This document shows, in pieces, positions 23,923-38,884 of a stretch of DNA of 64,000 bases. The notes beneath the pieces are model-generated. The model had not been told where the DNA came from, did no database searches, and was given only the letters and a program-made list of their open reading frames with translations. The translations under genes and the position numbers were made by a program. Position 1 is the first letter of the stretch; each line of letters begins with the position of its first letter. Source of the DNA: Eledone cirrhosa (lineage: Eukaryota); contig OZ024751.1 in the NCBI GenBank assembly GCA_964016885.1, positions 48,360,001 through 48,424,000 of the forward strand, written 5' to 3'.

Positions 23923-23959
<37 letters not shown>

Positions 23960-24104
23960 TGTTGTAGTAGTAGTAGTAGTAGTAGCAGTAGTCTCCATGA
24001 TAGATTAAAACCAACGATCCTCATCACCATCAACGGTAGGTGTTATTATTGTTGTTGTGGTTATTCTTGTTGTTGTTATTATTGTTGTTATTATACTTGT
24101 TGTT

Positions 24105-24310
24105 ATTAGTATCGGTAGAAGGTCGGACGCCATGCTTTGCAGCATAGAGTTACGGCTCTTTATGATCTGAGCTCAAATCCCGCCGAGGTTAACTTTGCCT
24201 TTCATCCTTATGGGGTCGATAAAATAAAGTACCAGTCACGCACTGGGGTCGATTTAATCGACTTTCCCTCCCCCCAAATTACTGGCCTTGTGCCTATATA
24301 AGAAACCGTT
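24105..24310 (+). mobile_element. SINE S1 copy
   Basis: S1 head, core and tail followed by (TTA/TTG)n. Confidence 0.85.
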
Positions 24311-24331
24311 ATTATTATTATTGTTATTATT

Positions 24332-24388
<57 letters not shown>

Positions 24389-24559
24389 ATTGTAGTTGTT
24401 GTTATTATTGTTGTTATTATTGCCGTTGTTCTTTCATCGTTGTTGATATTCTCGATGTTGGTGAAACAAAAAAGAAGTAAAATAACAAGAAAACCAACAA
24501 ACTTATATCCTCTCCTCCAATAACTGATAACGATCGAACTAACGGGGCATATCACAATC

Positions 24560-25555
24560 AGGCAGATTACAACGAGGCTGTTCACAACGAGGCTGTTCAC
24601 AACGAGGCTGTTTACAACGAGGCTGTTTACAACGAGGCTGTTCACAACGAGTTAGAGCCTGTTCACAACGAGGCTATTCACAACGAGGCTGTTTACAACG
24701 AGGCTGTTCACAACGAGGCTGTTTACAACGAGTTAGTGCATGTTCACAACGAGGTACATCACAACGAGGCAGTTCCCAACGAGGTTGATCACAACGAGGT
24801 AGATCACAACGAGGCAATTCACAACGAGGTAGATCACAATGAGGCAGATCACAACGGGTTGGTACAAAACGAGGTAGATCACAACGGAGTGGTTCACAAC
24901 GAGGTAGATCACAACAATGCAGTTCACAACGAGGCTGTTCACAACGAGGCAATTCACAACGAGGTAGATCACAATGAGGCAGATCACAACAGGGTGATAC
25001 ACAACGAAGTAGATCACAACGGGGTGGTTCACAACGAGGTAGATCACAAGGCAGTTCACAACGAGGCTGTTCACAACGAGATAGATTACAACGAGGCAAT
25101 TCACAACGAGGCTGTTCACAACGGGGTAGATCACAACGAGGATGTTCACAACGAGGCTGTTCACAACGGGGTAGATCACAACGAGGTGGTTCACAACGAG
25201 GTAGATCACAACAAGGCAGATCACAACGAGGTGGTTCACAACGAGGTAGATCATAACGAGGTGGTTCACAACGAGGTAGATCACAACGAGGCAGATCACA
25301 ACGAAGTGGTTCACAACGAGGTAGATCACAACGAGGTAGATCACAACGAGGTTGTTCACAACGAAGTAGATCACAACGAGGTAGATCACAACGAGGCAGA
25401 TCACAACGAAGTAGATCACAACGAGACAGATCACAACGGGGTGGTTCACAACGAGGATGTTCACAACGAGGTAGATCACAACGAGGAAGATCACAACGAG
25501 GTAGATCACAACGAGGTAGATCACAACGAGGTGGTTCACAACGGGGTGGTTCATA
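24560..25555. repeat. 15-bp minisatellite (CACAACGAG-GTAGAT/GCTGTT)n, ~65 units
   Basis: Invariant cacaacgag core with variable hexamer; yields HNEVD/PRCDL pseudo-ORFs. Confidence 0.92.
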
Positions 25556-25660
25556 CTCGTCCAGTCGAGATGTACACAGAACGACGAAATCATCCTACAC
25601 GGCATCGAACAGAGTCTGTAATTTGTTGCATCAGGCATTACACACAAACACACACATACG

Positions 25661-25721
<61 letters not shown>

Positions 25722-25724
<3 letters not shown>

Positions 25725-27420
25725 GGAAAAATTTGAACAGGGACAAAACAGAGAGGCAGTACAATAAATGTTTATTAATTTCACGCCCAGGAGAGTGGGG
25801 TGTAGGTGGGGGACGACGTTTCGGGCATAAGCCCTTCCTCAGGTGAGAAGTGTCTGGGAACAGAGTTCAAAGGGTGTGTAGGGGAGTGGTGGAGAGACAT
25901 ATAGCGAAAGGAAACGGTGCGAATGAAAAAATAACAAATAAAGATAAAAATAAAAATAAAGCATGATCAAAATACAAGGAATGAGATAAATTTAAAAATA
26001 AAGGCATGATCAAAATAAACTGAAATTAAAAGGGGGGGTAAACAGGTGGTGGAAGGGTGTGGGGTGAGTAGGGGTGGTGGCGGGTGGAGTGGGGAGAGGG
26101 AGACGGGGTGTCCGAGCGGGGAGGGCTGAAGGTGGTGTGTGTGTGTAGGTGTGCGTGTGTGTGTGTGTGTGTATGTGAAAGTAAGGGTTGGGGGAAGAAC
26201 GGGGTTGCATGTTCAGGAAGAGGTTGTGTGTGGGGGTGTTTTTGTGGGTCGGAGTGTCTGTGCGTGTGTGGATAGGGGGGTGGGGGAGAGGAATCAGGAG
26301 GCTGAGGGTGTAAATATGTGGTGGAAAGCACGTGTGTGTGGGGTTTAAGCGTGTTGTGGGTGTGGGTGGCGTGTGGAGAACAATTTTTTTTGGGGTGTGT
26401 GTGGGTGAGTTATATAGGTGATTACGTAAGAGGATGGTTGAAAAGTTGGTAAATTCCAAAGATGTTTAGTGGATTGTTTGTAAGTCAATTTCTGCGTGTG
26501 GGTAATCCATGAAGCGGTGGTCGGAAGATGAGTGATGTGGGGTGCGCCGCGCAACAGGAAGTGGTCAGCAGTGGGAGTGCTGTGGTCTGTTAGTGCTGGG
26601 AGGTGGTCAGAGGGCATAGCAGCAGTTGGTGGAATGGTAAGGGGGCGAGGATGGGTAGGTGTGAAAGTTGGAGTGAGAAGGGTGTGTGTGTGTGTGTGTG
26701 TGTATTAGTAGGGGTGTTAGTGGGATGAGTGAGTGTGGAGCGAGGGTGTGGGTGGAGCGGGGAGAGAAGGGTGTGTGTGGTTCTATGGAGGGAGTGTGGT
26801 GTACTGGTGTGTGTGTAGTTTGATGAAGAGGTGTTAGTGGGTGTTAGTATACGGGAGGTGGGGAGGGGTTGAATGCAGGTGTGAGTGGGGGTTAGTGGTG
26901 GTAGGGTCTGTAGAGTTGGTGGTGTACGAGGGTGTGTGGGTACGTGTGCGTGGGGTTGGGGGGTGTTAGTGATGTTAGTTGCATGTGGGGTGGGTGGTGT
27001 AAGTGGGTGCGTGTGTTCGTGTGCTTGGGGTTAGGGGGTGTTAGTGAGGTTAGTTGCGGGGTGATGGGATGGAGGTGTGGGGGTGAGAGGTGTGGGGGTG
27101 AGAGGTGTGGGGGTGAGGGTTAGTGGTGGTAGTAGGGTGTGTGTTTAGTGTGAGCGCGTGTATATATGTGCCGGTGGGTGTGTGCGTGTGATAAGGAGGG
27201 GGAGGAGGAGAAGAGGGGAGGGAAGGGATGTTAGTATGTTAGTTGGGGAAGGGTGGTCAGATGAGGGGTGGAGTGGAGGTGTTAGTATTGTTAGTGTGGG
27301 GTGGGCGGTGAAAAGGAGGGGTGTGTTAGTGGTGTTAGTGGGGGATAAGTGTGGGGGAGGGGGGCGGTCGAACGCTAAAGGAATAAGGGTGGGGAGTTCA
27401 GGCCGGGGGGATATATATAT
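25722..27420 (-). mobile_element. Degenerate Penelope-like element 3' end (GIY-YIG remnant, HHR, AATAAA) between (TA)n tracts
   Basis: ORF 26345-26617 SDHLPALTDHSTPTADHF...KHLWNLPTFQPS resembles the PLE GIY-YIG C-terminus (EH...PVAxHF...LxTLQPxG); minimal HHR downstream. Confidence 0.55.
25813..25844 (-). ncRNA. Minimal hammerhead ribozyme (PLE-type)
   Basis: Minus strand ac-CUGAGGA-agggc uuau gccc-GAAA-CG-UC-gu; stem I only 2 bp. Confidence 0.65.
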
Positions 27421-27648
27421 AGGAACGAGTAGGACCCCGACGGCTGAGCTCAAGCCGTTTCGACGGTTAATTCTGGACTAAGCCGTTTCGACGGCTAATT
27501 CTGGACTTAGTCCAGAATTAGCCGTCGAAACGGCTTGAGCTCAGCCGTCAGGGTCCTACTCGTTCTTATTACCCACTCTACTACCGTAAGTATTGAGTAC
27601 TTTGGTGCGTTATGGTCCACCTGGTTCCTTACCACATTTTCTCCGTTA
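27420..27648 (+). mobile_element. Small fold-back element family H1 (hairpin + ~85-bp tail) in (TA)n
   Basis: Inverted arms around ctggact|agtccag, internal ~28-bp duplication, tail tacccactctactacc..ttaccacattt; 7 copies in the window. Confidence 0.8.
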
Positions 27649-27665
27649 TATATATATATATATAT

Positions 27666-27741
<76 letters not shown>

Positions 27742-27755
27742 CTGGTGTATTATGT

Positions 27756-27793
<38 letters not shown>

Positions 27794-27901
27794 CTGTATG
27801 TATATATATATATATGTGTATTTCTGTATGTCTATCTATCTATCTCTATCAATCTATCTATCTATCTATCTACCTATCTATTTCTCTGTATATATATATA
27901 C

Positions 27902-27934
<33 letters not shown>

Positions 27935-27993
27935 TGTATAAATGTATGTATGTATATATTTGTGTGTGTATGTATGTATATATGTGCCTGTGT

Positions 27994-28052
<59 letters not shown>

Positions 28053-28770
28053 CTGTGAGTGCGAAAGTAGTTCTGTGTTAAAATATCAACTTTTTCACAC
28101 AATTCATTCTCCTACTGAGCACCCTAAGGCTTGAACTCAAACTTGCAGTAATTTCATAGCAACTGCACCAACAAGACGTTGATGGCCAAAGTTGCACGAC
28201 TCACCTTACTGACGCTATTGCAAATTTCCCTCGACCATCACACGTTTGTTTCCCTTTAAGCAATGGCTATGTATATATATATGTATGTGTGTATGTATGT
28301 ATGTATGTATGTATGTATGTATGTATGTATGTATGTATGTATGTATGTATGTATGTATGTATGTATGTATGTGTGTGTATGTGTGTATGTGTGTGTGTGT
28401 ATGTGTGTATGTGTGTATCTATGTATGTGTGTGTGTATGTATATGTGTGTGTGTGTGTGTGTATGTGTGTATGTATGTATGTGTGTATTTATGTATGTAT
28501 GTGTGTATGTATATGTATGTGTGTGTGTATGTATGTATGTGTGTGTATGTGTGTATGTATGTATGTATGTATGTATGTGTGTGCGTGTGTATGTATGTAT
28601 ATGTGTGTGCGCGTGTAAAGTATGTACGTATGTGTGTGTATGCATGTATGTGAGTGTCTGTGTATGTTTGTATATAGTTATGTATGTCTGTATGTATGTA
28701 TGTATGTATGTATGTAGGTATGTAGGTATGTATATATGTATGTATGTATGTGAGTGTATGTATGTGCATG

Positions 28771-28817
<47 letters not shown>

Positions 28818-28886
28818 TATGTCGACAAGTATTAAATTTGTAGAAAAAACAAAGTTTGTTAATTCCTCACTACAAACTTTACGACC

Positions 28887-28946
<60 letters not shown>

Positions 28947-30120
28947 ATATATGTACATATATAGACAGACACATACACAAACACACACACACACATAGAC
29001 ACACACATACACAAACACACACCCACACATAGACACACACACGCTAGATTTTACAAAAAAGAGGAAAAAGTTAGTTGTTACAGAAGACGAATGTAAATAT
29101 TTATTGTCATGCTGAGAATACTCTCTGATACACACACACACTCTCTCACACATACACACACACTCTCTCTCTCTCACACACACACACTCTTTCACACATA
29201 CACACACACACACACTATCTCTCTCTCACACATGCACACACTCTCTCTCACACATACACACACACACTCTCTCTCACACACACACACACTCTCTCTCTCA
29301 CACATACACACACACTCTCTCACACATACACACACACACACACACACTCTCTCACACATACGCACACTCTCTCTCACACATACACACACTCTCTCTCACA
29401 CACACACACTCTCTCTCTCACATACACACACTCTCTCTCACACATACACTCACACACACACACACACACACTCTCTCTCATACATACACACTCTCTCTCA
29501 CACATACACACATACACACACATACTCTCTCTCACACACATACACTCTCTCTCACATACACACACACTCTCTCACACATACACACACACACACTATCTCA
29601 CACATACACACACTCTCTCTCACACATACACACACACACTCTCTCTCTCTCTCACACATACACACACACTCTCTCACACACACACACTCTCTCTCTCACA
29701 CATACACACACTCTCTCTCACACATACACACACACACTCTCTCTCTCACACATACACACAAACTCTCTCACACTCTCTCACACACACACTCTCTCTCTCT
29801 CACACATACACACACACTCTCTCACACATACACACACTCTCTCTCACATACATACACATACACTCTCTCTCTCACACATACACACACTCACACACTCTCT
29901 CTCACACATACACACACACTCTCTCAGACATACACACACACTCTCTCTCTCACACATACACACACTCTCTCTCACATACATACACATACACTCTCTCTCT
30001 CACACATACACACACACACTCTCTCTCTCTCACACATACACACACACTCTCTCACACATACACACACACACACTCTCTCTCTCTCACACACACACACTCT
30101 CTCTGTCACACATACACACA

Positions 30121-30158
<38 letters not shown>

Positions 30159-30331
30159 TACACACACACACACTCTCACACACATACACACACACACACA
30201 CACACTCTCTCACACACATACACATACACACACACATACACACTCTCTCACACACATACATACAAACACGGACACACACTTTCTCTCTCTCTCACACATG
30301 CACCACACACACACACACACACACGCACACA

Positions 30332-30494
<163 letters not shown>

Positions 30495-30949
30495 ACACAC
30501 ATATTAACTCTCATCTAAATTTAATAAGGCACTGATAAGACGTTAAACCAACGAAATATATGGATATATTTATAGATAAAAGAAGAGGATTTCGGATTAC
30601 AGATTGCGTGGAGAAGCTTTCTTTGTTTTTATTGAAACATAAATAATAGATAGAGAAGATACACGAGAAAATAAATGGGAAATAATGCGAGGAGAGAAAC
30701 AGTGATTATGAGAACAAGGAAGTATATGTAGCTATAAACACTTGTGAAGGATTTGGTTGTTTTAATAAATAAGTAAAAGACTGTTAATGGCTCATTGAGA
30801 TAGAAGAATAATTAAGAAGCTTTAGTTTTGTACTCAAAATCTAAATTCATATGTTGGATGTTAGATTTAAGATTTAACGTTGTCATAAAACACAAGGGAA
30901 TATGGGATACATCCCCTTACTATCTTTCTGGCGCTTTATATATACAAAT

Positions 30950-31510
30950 AATAACTGCTTCTGGTTTAGGTATAAGTCCAACAATTATTTGTTGAGGGTA
31001 AAATCGATTAAATCGACCGCAGTTCATTACTGGTAATTTATTTTATCGACCACATAAGATGAAAGGCAAAGCTAACCTCGTCAGGATTCAAAATCAGAAC
31101 GTAAAGAGCCGGAACTGTTTGCCGCAAACGATGTTGTCGCTCTACCAATTCTGCCAATCTGCACATAATAATAACAATGGTTTCTGAATTTTGCACAAGG
31201 CCAGCAATTTTGGGGAAGGGTAAAGTCGATTAAATCGACTCCAGTTCATTACTGGCACGCTATTTTATTGACCTCGTAAGGATAAAAGGCAAAGCTAACC
31301 TCGGCAGGATTTAAAATAAAAACGTAAAGGGCCGTAACTCTATTCCACGAAGGATGTTTTCCGATACTACTAATACACTGATAATAATAATTGTTTCTAC
31401 TTTTGGCACAAGGCTAGCAATTTTCCCAGTGCATAACTGGTACTTTATTTTATCGACCCCGTAAGGATGATAGGCAAAGTTAACCTCGGCGGTTAACTTG
31501 AACTCAGATC
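30950..31510 (-). mobile_element. Three consecutive SINE S1 copies
   Basis: Three copies of tttat(c/t)gacc..taaggat(g/a)a(a/t)aggcaaag(c/t)taacctcg at ~31045, ~31265, ~31450. Confidence 0.8.
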
Positions 31511-32092
31511 ATAATAGTGATAAACTTGAACACTGATAATAATAAAGATGTAATGATTGATTACATCTCTGATTTCGTTCAATAGTTAAGGTTGTTAACA
31601 GCACTACGCTCGAAACACATGTCACGACAAGCGAAATAATATTACGGATCGTAATAGTTAGTTCAAATTTATCAGTCATATACGTATAAGCATACCTGAT
31701 CAATGAATGCATAAAATAAACAGACAAAATACCATTCAGTGAAGTAAGGTATATATTTATATTTGAGAGGTGTTGTAGAAAATTATATAATACACCAGAG
31801 GCGTATGAATTATTTCTAGACAGGAAAATATATTCGGCTTCGTTCTGATATATATTCATGTATTCTTATGGTCTTGATATAATTAAACTGAAGTTGACAA
31901 GCTGTATTACTATCAACAACATAATTAAGTCGACAATTTAAAGATTGAATCATCATTTTATATATCTAGGTTCTACGTACGTAGAATGATGATCAATATT
32001 AAAATATATAAGTTAATAAAAAGATATTATGGAAAAAAAACTATAGTAAGGTCTCATACACACATATATACATACATATGCATATATATACA

Positions 32093-32219
<127 letters not shown>

Positions 32220-32258
32220 ATATATATATAAACATCCATACATACATATATATACATA

Positions 32259-32292
<34 letters not shown>

Positions 32293-32296
<4 letters not shown>

Positions 32297-32485
32297 AGTA
32301 AGTAAGACCCCGACGGCTAAGCTCAAGCCGTTTCGACGGCTAATTCTGTATTCAGAATTAGCCGTCAAAACGGCTTGAGCTCAGCCGTCGGGGTCTTACT
32401 TATTCCTATTACCCACTCTACTACCCTAAGTATTGAATACTTTGGTGCGTTTTGGTCCACCTGGTTCCTTACCACTTTTCCCTCG

Positions 32486-32487
<2 letters not shown>
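32293..32487 (+). mobile_element. H1 fold-back element
   Basis: Arms around taattctg-tatt-cagaatta plus tail; (TA)n flanks. Confidence 0.8.
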
Positions 32488-32554
<67 letters not shown>

Positions 32555-32726
32555 AACATCCATACATACATATATATACATATGCATATATATATATATA
32601 AACATCCATACGTACATATATACCTATGCATATATATATAAACATCCATCCATACATATATACATACATATGCATATATATATATATATATATATAAACA
32701 TCGATCCATACATATATACATACATA

Positions 32727-32776
<50 letters not shown>

Positions 32777-33653
32777 TCCATACATACATATATACATACA
32801 CACATACATACACATATACATACATATATGCGTGCATACATACACATATACATTCATACTCATACATACATATATTGGGATAAATAGCGATATTATTAAG
32901 TTCCCACCGTTGGCAGATTCATACGAGTAGTTATCTTTTGATGAGAAGACAATGATCTCTGAAACACTTAAATGCATTTTATATTTTACGATACAACGAG
33001 TGAATAGTGGAAAATGTTTACAAACTTATTTCTTTTCAAAACGAAAATTCTAATTTAAAACTCAAGGCATATTCTCACACACACACACACACACACACGC
33101 ACACACACATATGTATGTGTGTGTATATATATATATATATTAATATACTCATATTTATATATATATATATATATGTACATATATATATTTTTTTGGGGGG
33201 GGGGGGTGTTTCCGGGCTTTTTGTTCATTAATTGTTTTGTAGTTTTGTATTTATCTCTTTTCTTATTCCTGTATTTTTGTACATTTATATTGTTTTTTCG
33301 TTATTTTCTTGTATTTTCTGATTGTTTCTGATCATGCTGAGTAATACTCTCACTCATCCCTTGCTACCCTCTGCTAACCTCTTTATCATCTATTGCACGA
33401 TATAAGTGATAATATTTTGGTATAATTTTTAATTTTTAATTTTTAATTTTCAACTTTTAATTTTTAATTTTTAATTTTTAATTTTTAATTTTTAATTGTT
33501 TTTTTTTTAAAGACATTTTATGACGTTATGTGCATCATGTATTATGTCTTTTTCCATATAGTACTAGCCTCGTGACCCCCTGCTGGTCATTTAACCTTGT
33601 TCTGGTGACGCAGCTCGATGGAGCATGCAACTACTGATATACTCATGTTTATA

Positions 33654-33700
33654 GGCTCTGAAGAACCCTGCCATGGTGTATGGATGAAACACTGCTAGCT
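33654..33700 (+). ncRNA. Degenerate hammerhead (U16.1 to C)
   Basis: ggct-CUGAAGA-...-GAAA-cactg-C-U-agct then aataaa and (TA)n; same stem III as 37501. Confidence 0.5.
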
Positions 33701-33741
33701 AATAAAAGTATGTATTTCTAAGCACTCTTTGGTTATTCCTA

Positions 33742-33803
<62 letters not shown>

Positions 33804-33871
33804 TGTATGTATATATATATATATATAGAGAGAGAGATTACAATAATCAAAGTTCAGTTTAAGTCATTTAT

Positions 33872-33920
33872 TTGCTTACAATTGTTTCCTCCAAACCGAG
33901 GTTTGGATTCTTCGGAGCAA
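33872..33920 (-). ncRNA. Hammerhead ribozyme with U4-to-C core variant
   Basis: uugcu-CCGAAGA-a uccaaac cucg guuugga g-GAAA-caauug-UA-agcaa. Confidence 0.65.
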
Positions 33921-34128
33921 CTATTTATTGATCTATAACATACTTGACCTCCTTTTCAACCCAAGAGACACATAAAACATATGCGCATATTGATCAACAG
34001 TGGGGTGACATTCATCAAATGATATATTAATTAATGACTATCTTTCACTATTTAGGGTTTGTATATATAATATATTACCATTAAAGGTTTTATTGCATAC
34101 ATAACCATAAATAGTACCCTTAATACTA

Positions 34129-34300
<172 letters not shown>

Positions 34301-34335
34301 TATATATAGATATAGATATATATATACATATACAT

Positions 34336-34416
<81 letters not shown>

Positions 34417-34421
34417 TATAG

Positions 34422-34547
<126 letters not shown>

Positions 34548-34590
34548 TGTATCTAAGTTTATATATATATCTAGTTATGCATATATACAA

Positions 34591-34642
<52 letters not shown>

Positions 34643-34880
34643 GTATATATATAAATGCATATATATATAAATGTATATATATATATAAATGTGTATATAT
34701 ATATTTATATATATATACGTGTATATATATATACACATACACACACATATATATATATGTGTGTGTATATATATATACACACACACACATATATATACAT
34801 ACACACACACACACACATATATATATGTGTGTGTATATATATATACACACACACACATATATATACATATACACACACAC

Positions 34881-34931
<51 letters not shown>

Positions 34932-35751
34932 CATACACACGCGGTAAATTATTGTTAGTCAGTAATTTAACACAGACGATTTGTAATTAAAGCCAGCTTT
35001 GACCAACCAAAACGAAATTCAGACCAAACAAAACATAAAGAGAACGATTACAAAACGAAAATTGTAAACAACAGCAACATATCAACAACAACACACAACA
35101 AAACAATACCCCCCCCCCCCCCCCCCCCCCTAAAATCAACATCATCGGAAAGAACAAAATTAACTAAAACTTAAGTAAAAATCAACGCGAAAGAAGAAAT
35201 TTAGCAAATGTGAAAATAAACATAAATGAATGAGAAAAGTAACCCGAACCACTCCAGCAAAACCCAAGAGATTGCAAATCTCTGTAATTTAATGGCGACT
35301 AACGTATCTGCTTTTTGATGATCTGAACAGAAATGAAAATGGAAAGAAAGAAATAATGAGAGAGAAGAAGACTAGATACACACAAATAAAATATATAAAA
35401 TAACAAATATGAATAAAATTTTCAACAAACTAAGCTACAATTGTAATAAAAAAAAAGGAGAGGAGAAAATAGTAATAAAAACAATACGAAACTATAACAA
35501 GCAAACAATTGTACAAAACGAAAAAATGTTTTTAGAAAGAGATGTTTGTTTACCAGGTTTCTCTATAACGATAATTATATATTTTGATAAAGTCATTTAG
35601 AGACATGCTGATACGTTACTTCACATAAGAAGAAAATGAATTGGAGAAAGCAAAAGAAATGTAAGTGAGGACATATATACATATATACAATACATACAGC
35701 TATACAGGTATACAGGCTTACACAAATGCACTTTATATATAAATATATATA

Positions 35752-35860
<109 letters not shown>

Positions 35861-35873
35861 CTGTATATATATA

Positions 35874-35937
<64 letters not shown>

Positions 35938-36098
35938 CATGCATATATATATATGAATGTGTATGTGTGTATATGTGCATACAAGTATGCATCTCTCTAT
36001 ATATATACAAGTGCATAAATAAGTATATGTATGTATATGTTTATATATATAGCATGTTTTTTTATATAGATATGTATAGATATGTATATACAGATATT

Positions 36099-36167
<69 letters not shown>

Positions 36168-36255
36168 ATGTGTGTGTATATATGTATAATTATATATGTA
36201 GGCACCTGTGTATGTATGTATGTATATGTATATGTATGCGTATATATCACTATAT

Positions 36256-36290
<35 letters not shown>

Positions 36291-36659
36291 CACTTCGACA
36301 AAGACAAGCTCTTCCTTACATCCACATACACCGCCGTTTATAGAAAACTGTGATTTCTATGATGGAGCTGACGTTCTGAGTATATTCACCCATCGTTTTC
36401 ATGTTTATGATTGCCCAAGGCAGATATTTTTGATACATAAGCAATGGTTTCTCAGAGACCGATAGATTAGAGTGGTTTTATTTTAAACGTGAATTTCCAT
36501 ATATATATTGGCGCCAACATTATATAATGTGCCAATATATATATATATATAAATATATATAGTAATAATAATAAATTTGAAGGCTAAAATCCAAAGAGGG
36601 CTCGATTCTTTGTTTAAACTTTAATCTGTTATTTTAATAAATATATATATATATATATA

Positions 36660-37583
36660 TAGTATATAAGGGAGAGGATCAGGAGTGTGTAACACCCCAC
36701 TTATCCAATAGGCAGTATAAGGTTAGCTCGATGTCTGAGGACAGAGCCGTAATATAATTAACAACAAAGAACGCTTAGAGCATAGGTATATCTTTACTTG
36801 CTAACAGTGTTTCGTCCACACTATAAGTGGGACTCATCAGAGCATAAAGAGTGATTACATATTACACAAGCAATAACAAATCCAAGACAGAAGAATATAT
36901 ATGGGGATGCCATAAGTTGGGGCGAGTTTAAAGAGTAGAGTAAATAGAGTGTAGAAAATAAAATTGTAGGATAAAGAATAGTGAAAAGTAAAAAATAAGC
37001 ATTGAAGAAATAAAAAATAAACATTGAAAAATAAGCATTGAAAAATAAGAGGTGCTATCAGTCACAGTTGGGCAGGGTGCTGTTAACATACAGTTACATA
37101 CAAGCATACGCATAAGCATGAGCACCCGCATGCAACCACACAACAGGCAGCCATATGCAACACATTTGTATTAGTCTATATGTGTTGCATATGGCTGCCT
37201 GTTGTGTGGTTGCATGCGGGTGCTCATGCTTATGCGTATGCTTGTATGTAACTGTATGTTAACAGCACCCTGCCCAACTGTGACTGATAGCACCTCTTAT
37301 TTTTCAATGCTTATTTTTCAATGTTTATTTTTTATTTCTTCAATGCTTATTTTTTACTTTTCACTATTCTTTATCCTACAATTTTATTTTCTACACTCTA
37401 TTTACTCTACTCTTTAAACTCGCCCCAACTTATGGCATCCCCATATATATTCTTCTGTCTTGGATTTGTTATTGCTTGTGTAATATGTAATCACTCTTTA
37501 TGCTCTGATGAGTCCCACTTATAGTGTGGACGAAACACTGTTAGCAAGTAAAGATATACCTATGCTCTAAGCGTTCTTTGTTG

Positions 37584-37593
<10 letters not shown>
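36660..37593. mobile_element. PLE-type fold-back element: 414-bp inverted arms (36752-37165 / 37180-37593), 14-bp spacer, ~90-bp tail
   Basis: Mirror-image identical ORFs in the track (36821-37024 minus = 37321-37524 plus; 36928-37143 minus = 37202-37417 plus); (TA)n on both sides. Confidence 0.88.
37501..37546 (+). ncRNA. Type I hammerhead ribozyme (mirror copy 36799-36844 on minus)
   Basis: ugcu-CUGAUGA-gucc(cacuuauagugu)ggac-GAAA-cacug-UU-agca; intact core, canonical G10.1-C11.1. Confidence 0.85.
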
Positions 37594-37660
<67 letters not shown>

Positions 37661-37681
37661 TGTGTGTGTATATATATATAT

Positions 37682-37802
37682 AGCGAGGGAAAAGTGGTAA
37701 GGAACCAGGTGGACCATAACGCACCAAAGTACTCAATACTTAGGGTAGTACAGAATTAGCCGTCGAAACGGCTTGAGCTCAGCCGCCGGGGTCTTACTTA
37801 CT

Positions 37803-37806
<4 letters not shown>
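37682..37806 (-). mobile_element. H1 element, internally deleted
   Basis: Reverse tail joined to the forward short arm. Confidence 0.75.
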
Positions 37807-37887
<81 letters not shown>

Positions 37888-37949
37888 CTGTGTGTGTGTA
37901 CGTATGTATTTGTATATATATATTTACATATAATGTGTGTGTCCTCTCT

Positions 37950-38025
37950 CTTAATTTTGAATGTATTTTTTAACAGGACACCTTTCCGGTGGCATGGTTG
38001 TACAGAAAAGGAAATTGTCGTCGTC
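37950..38025 (-). mobile_element. 3' UTR fragment of the R4-like family seen at 47925
   Basis: tctctcttaattt..tattttttaacaggacacctttccggtggcatggttgtacagaaaaggaaattgtc matches 47925-48003. Confidence 0.6.
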
Positions 38026-38164
38026 TTATTACTAACTATCTTATTTCTCTCCACGGCTTATCTTGAAAAATAAACCGCATTTGTTTATACCATGAGAGTA
38101 TCTTGGTCAGCCTATGAAGGAGTGAGGCTAGAGCTGTGAAATCTTGCATGCGTTAATTTAAACT

Positions 38165-38283
38165 CTTCAAATCCCGCCGAGGTTAACTTTGCCTTTCATC
38201 CTTACGGGGTCGATAAAATAAAGTACCAGTAATGCACTGGGATAATTGCTGGCCTTGTGCCAAAAGTAGAAACAATTATTATA
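38165..38283 (+). mobile_element. 5'-truncated SINE S1 inside a local tandem repeat
   Basis: S1 core and tail; flanking ccatgagagtatcttggtc units repeated three times (38090-38510). Confidence 0.8.
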
Positions 38284-38884
38284 AACTTCCTTGTTTTGTT
38301 CCAAGGACTATGTTGAAAAATAAACAACAGTTGGTTATTCCATGAGAGTATCTTGGTCTACCTATGAAGGAGTGAGGCTAGAGCTGTGAAATATTGCATG
38401 CGTTAATTTCAACTCTTCTTATTCCTAACTACTTTGTTTCTCTCCACGGTCTATTTTGAAAAATAAACAACATTCGGTTATACCATGAGAGTATCTTGGT
38501 CTACCTATAAACTTATTTATAAATATATTTGTAATTTCAGATATTAACAACACCGATAATCAAATCACTTTAAAATATACTCCTAACTAGTAAAACATAT
38601 TTCTATTTACCCTCCAATGGCTTTCCACTAGTAAAACATATTTCCACCACTAGTGTCGTCATGAAATATTTCCATTTAATTTATTCTTCTTCTCCCATTT
38701 TGGTGATTTTGAATCTCTGTTGCTTAAAACAAACCTTCAAAGAAAAATATCGAGCAAACTATTTTTGTTTAGAAAGGAGATACAAATTTGAGGTGTTTAA
38801 TAAAAAAGTCTATGCTAAAATGAATGTGTCGGTTATATATATATATATATATATATATTTTATATATATATATATATATATAGT

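Noticed and set aside
24674-25767. HNEVD / PRCDL repeat proteins, or a CRISPR array
   Set aside because: 15-bp minisatellite open on both strands; the variable part is only 6 bp, and there are no cas genes in a eukaryotic context
32930-32975. Hammerhead-like uugauga..gaaacacu
   Set aside because: C3 missing, and stems I and III do not pair convincingly
36733-36760. CUGAGGA motif in the tail of the 414-bp palindrome
   Set aside because: No downstream stem II or GAAA
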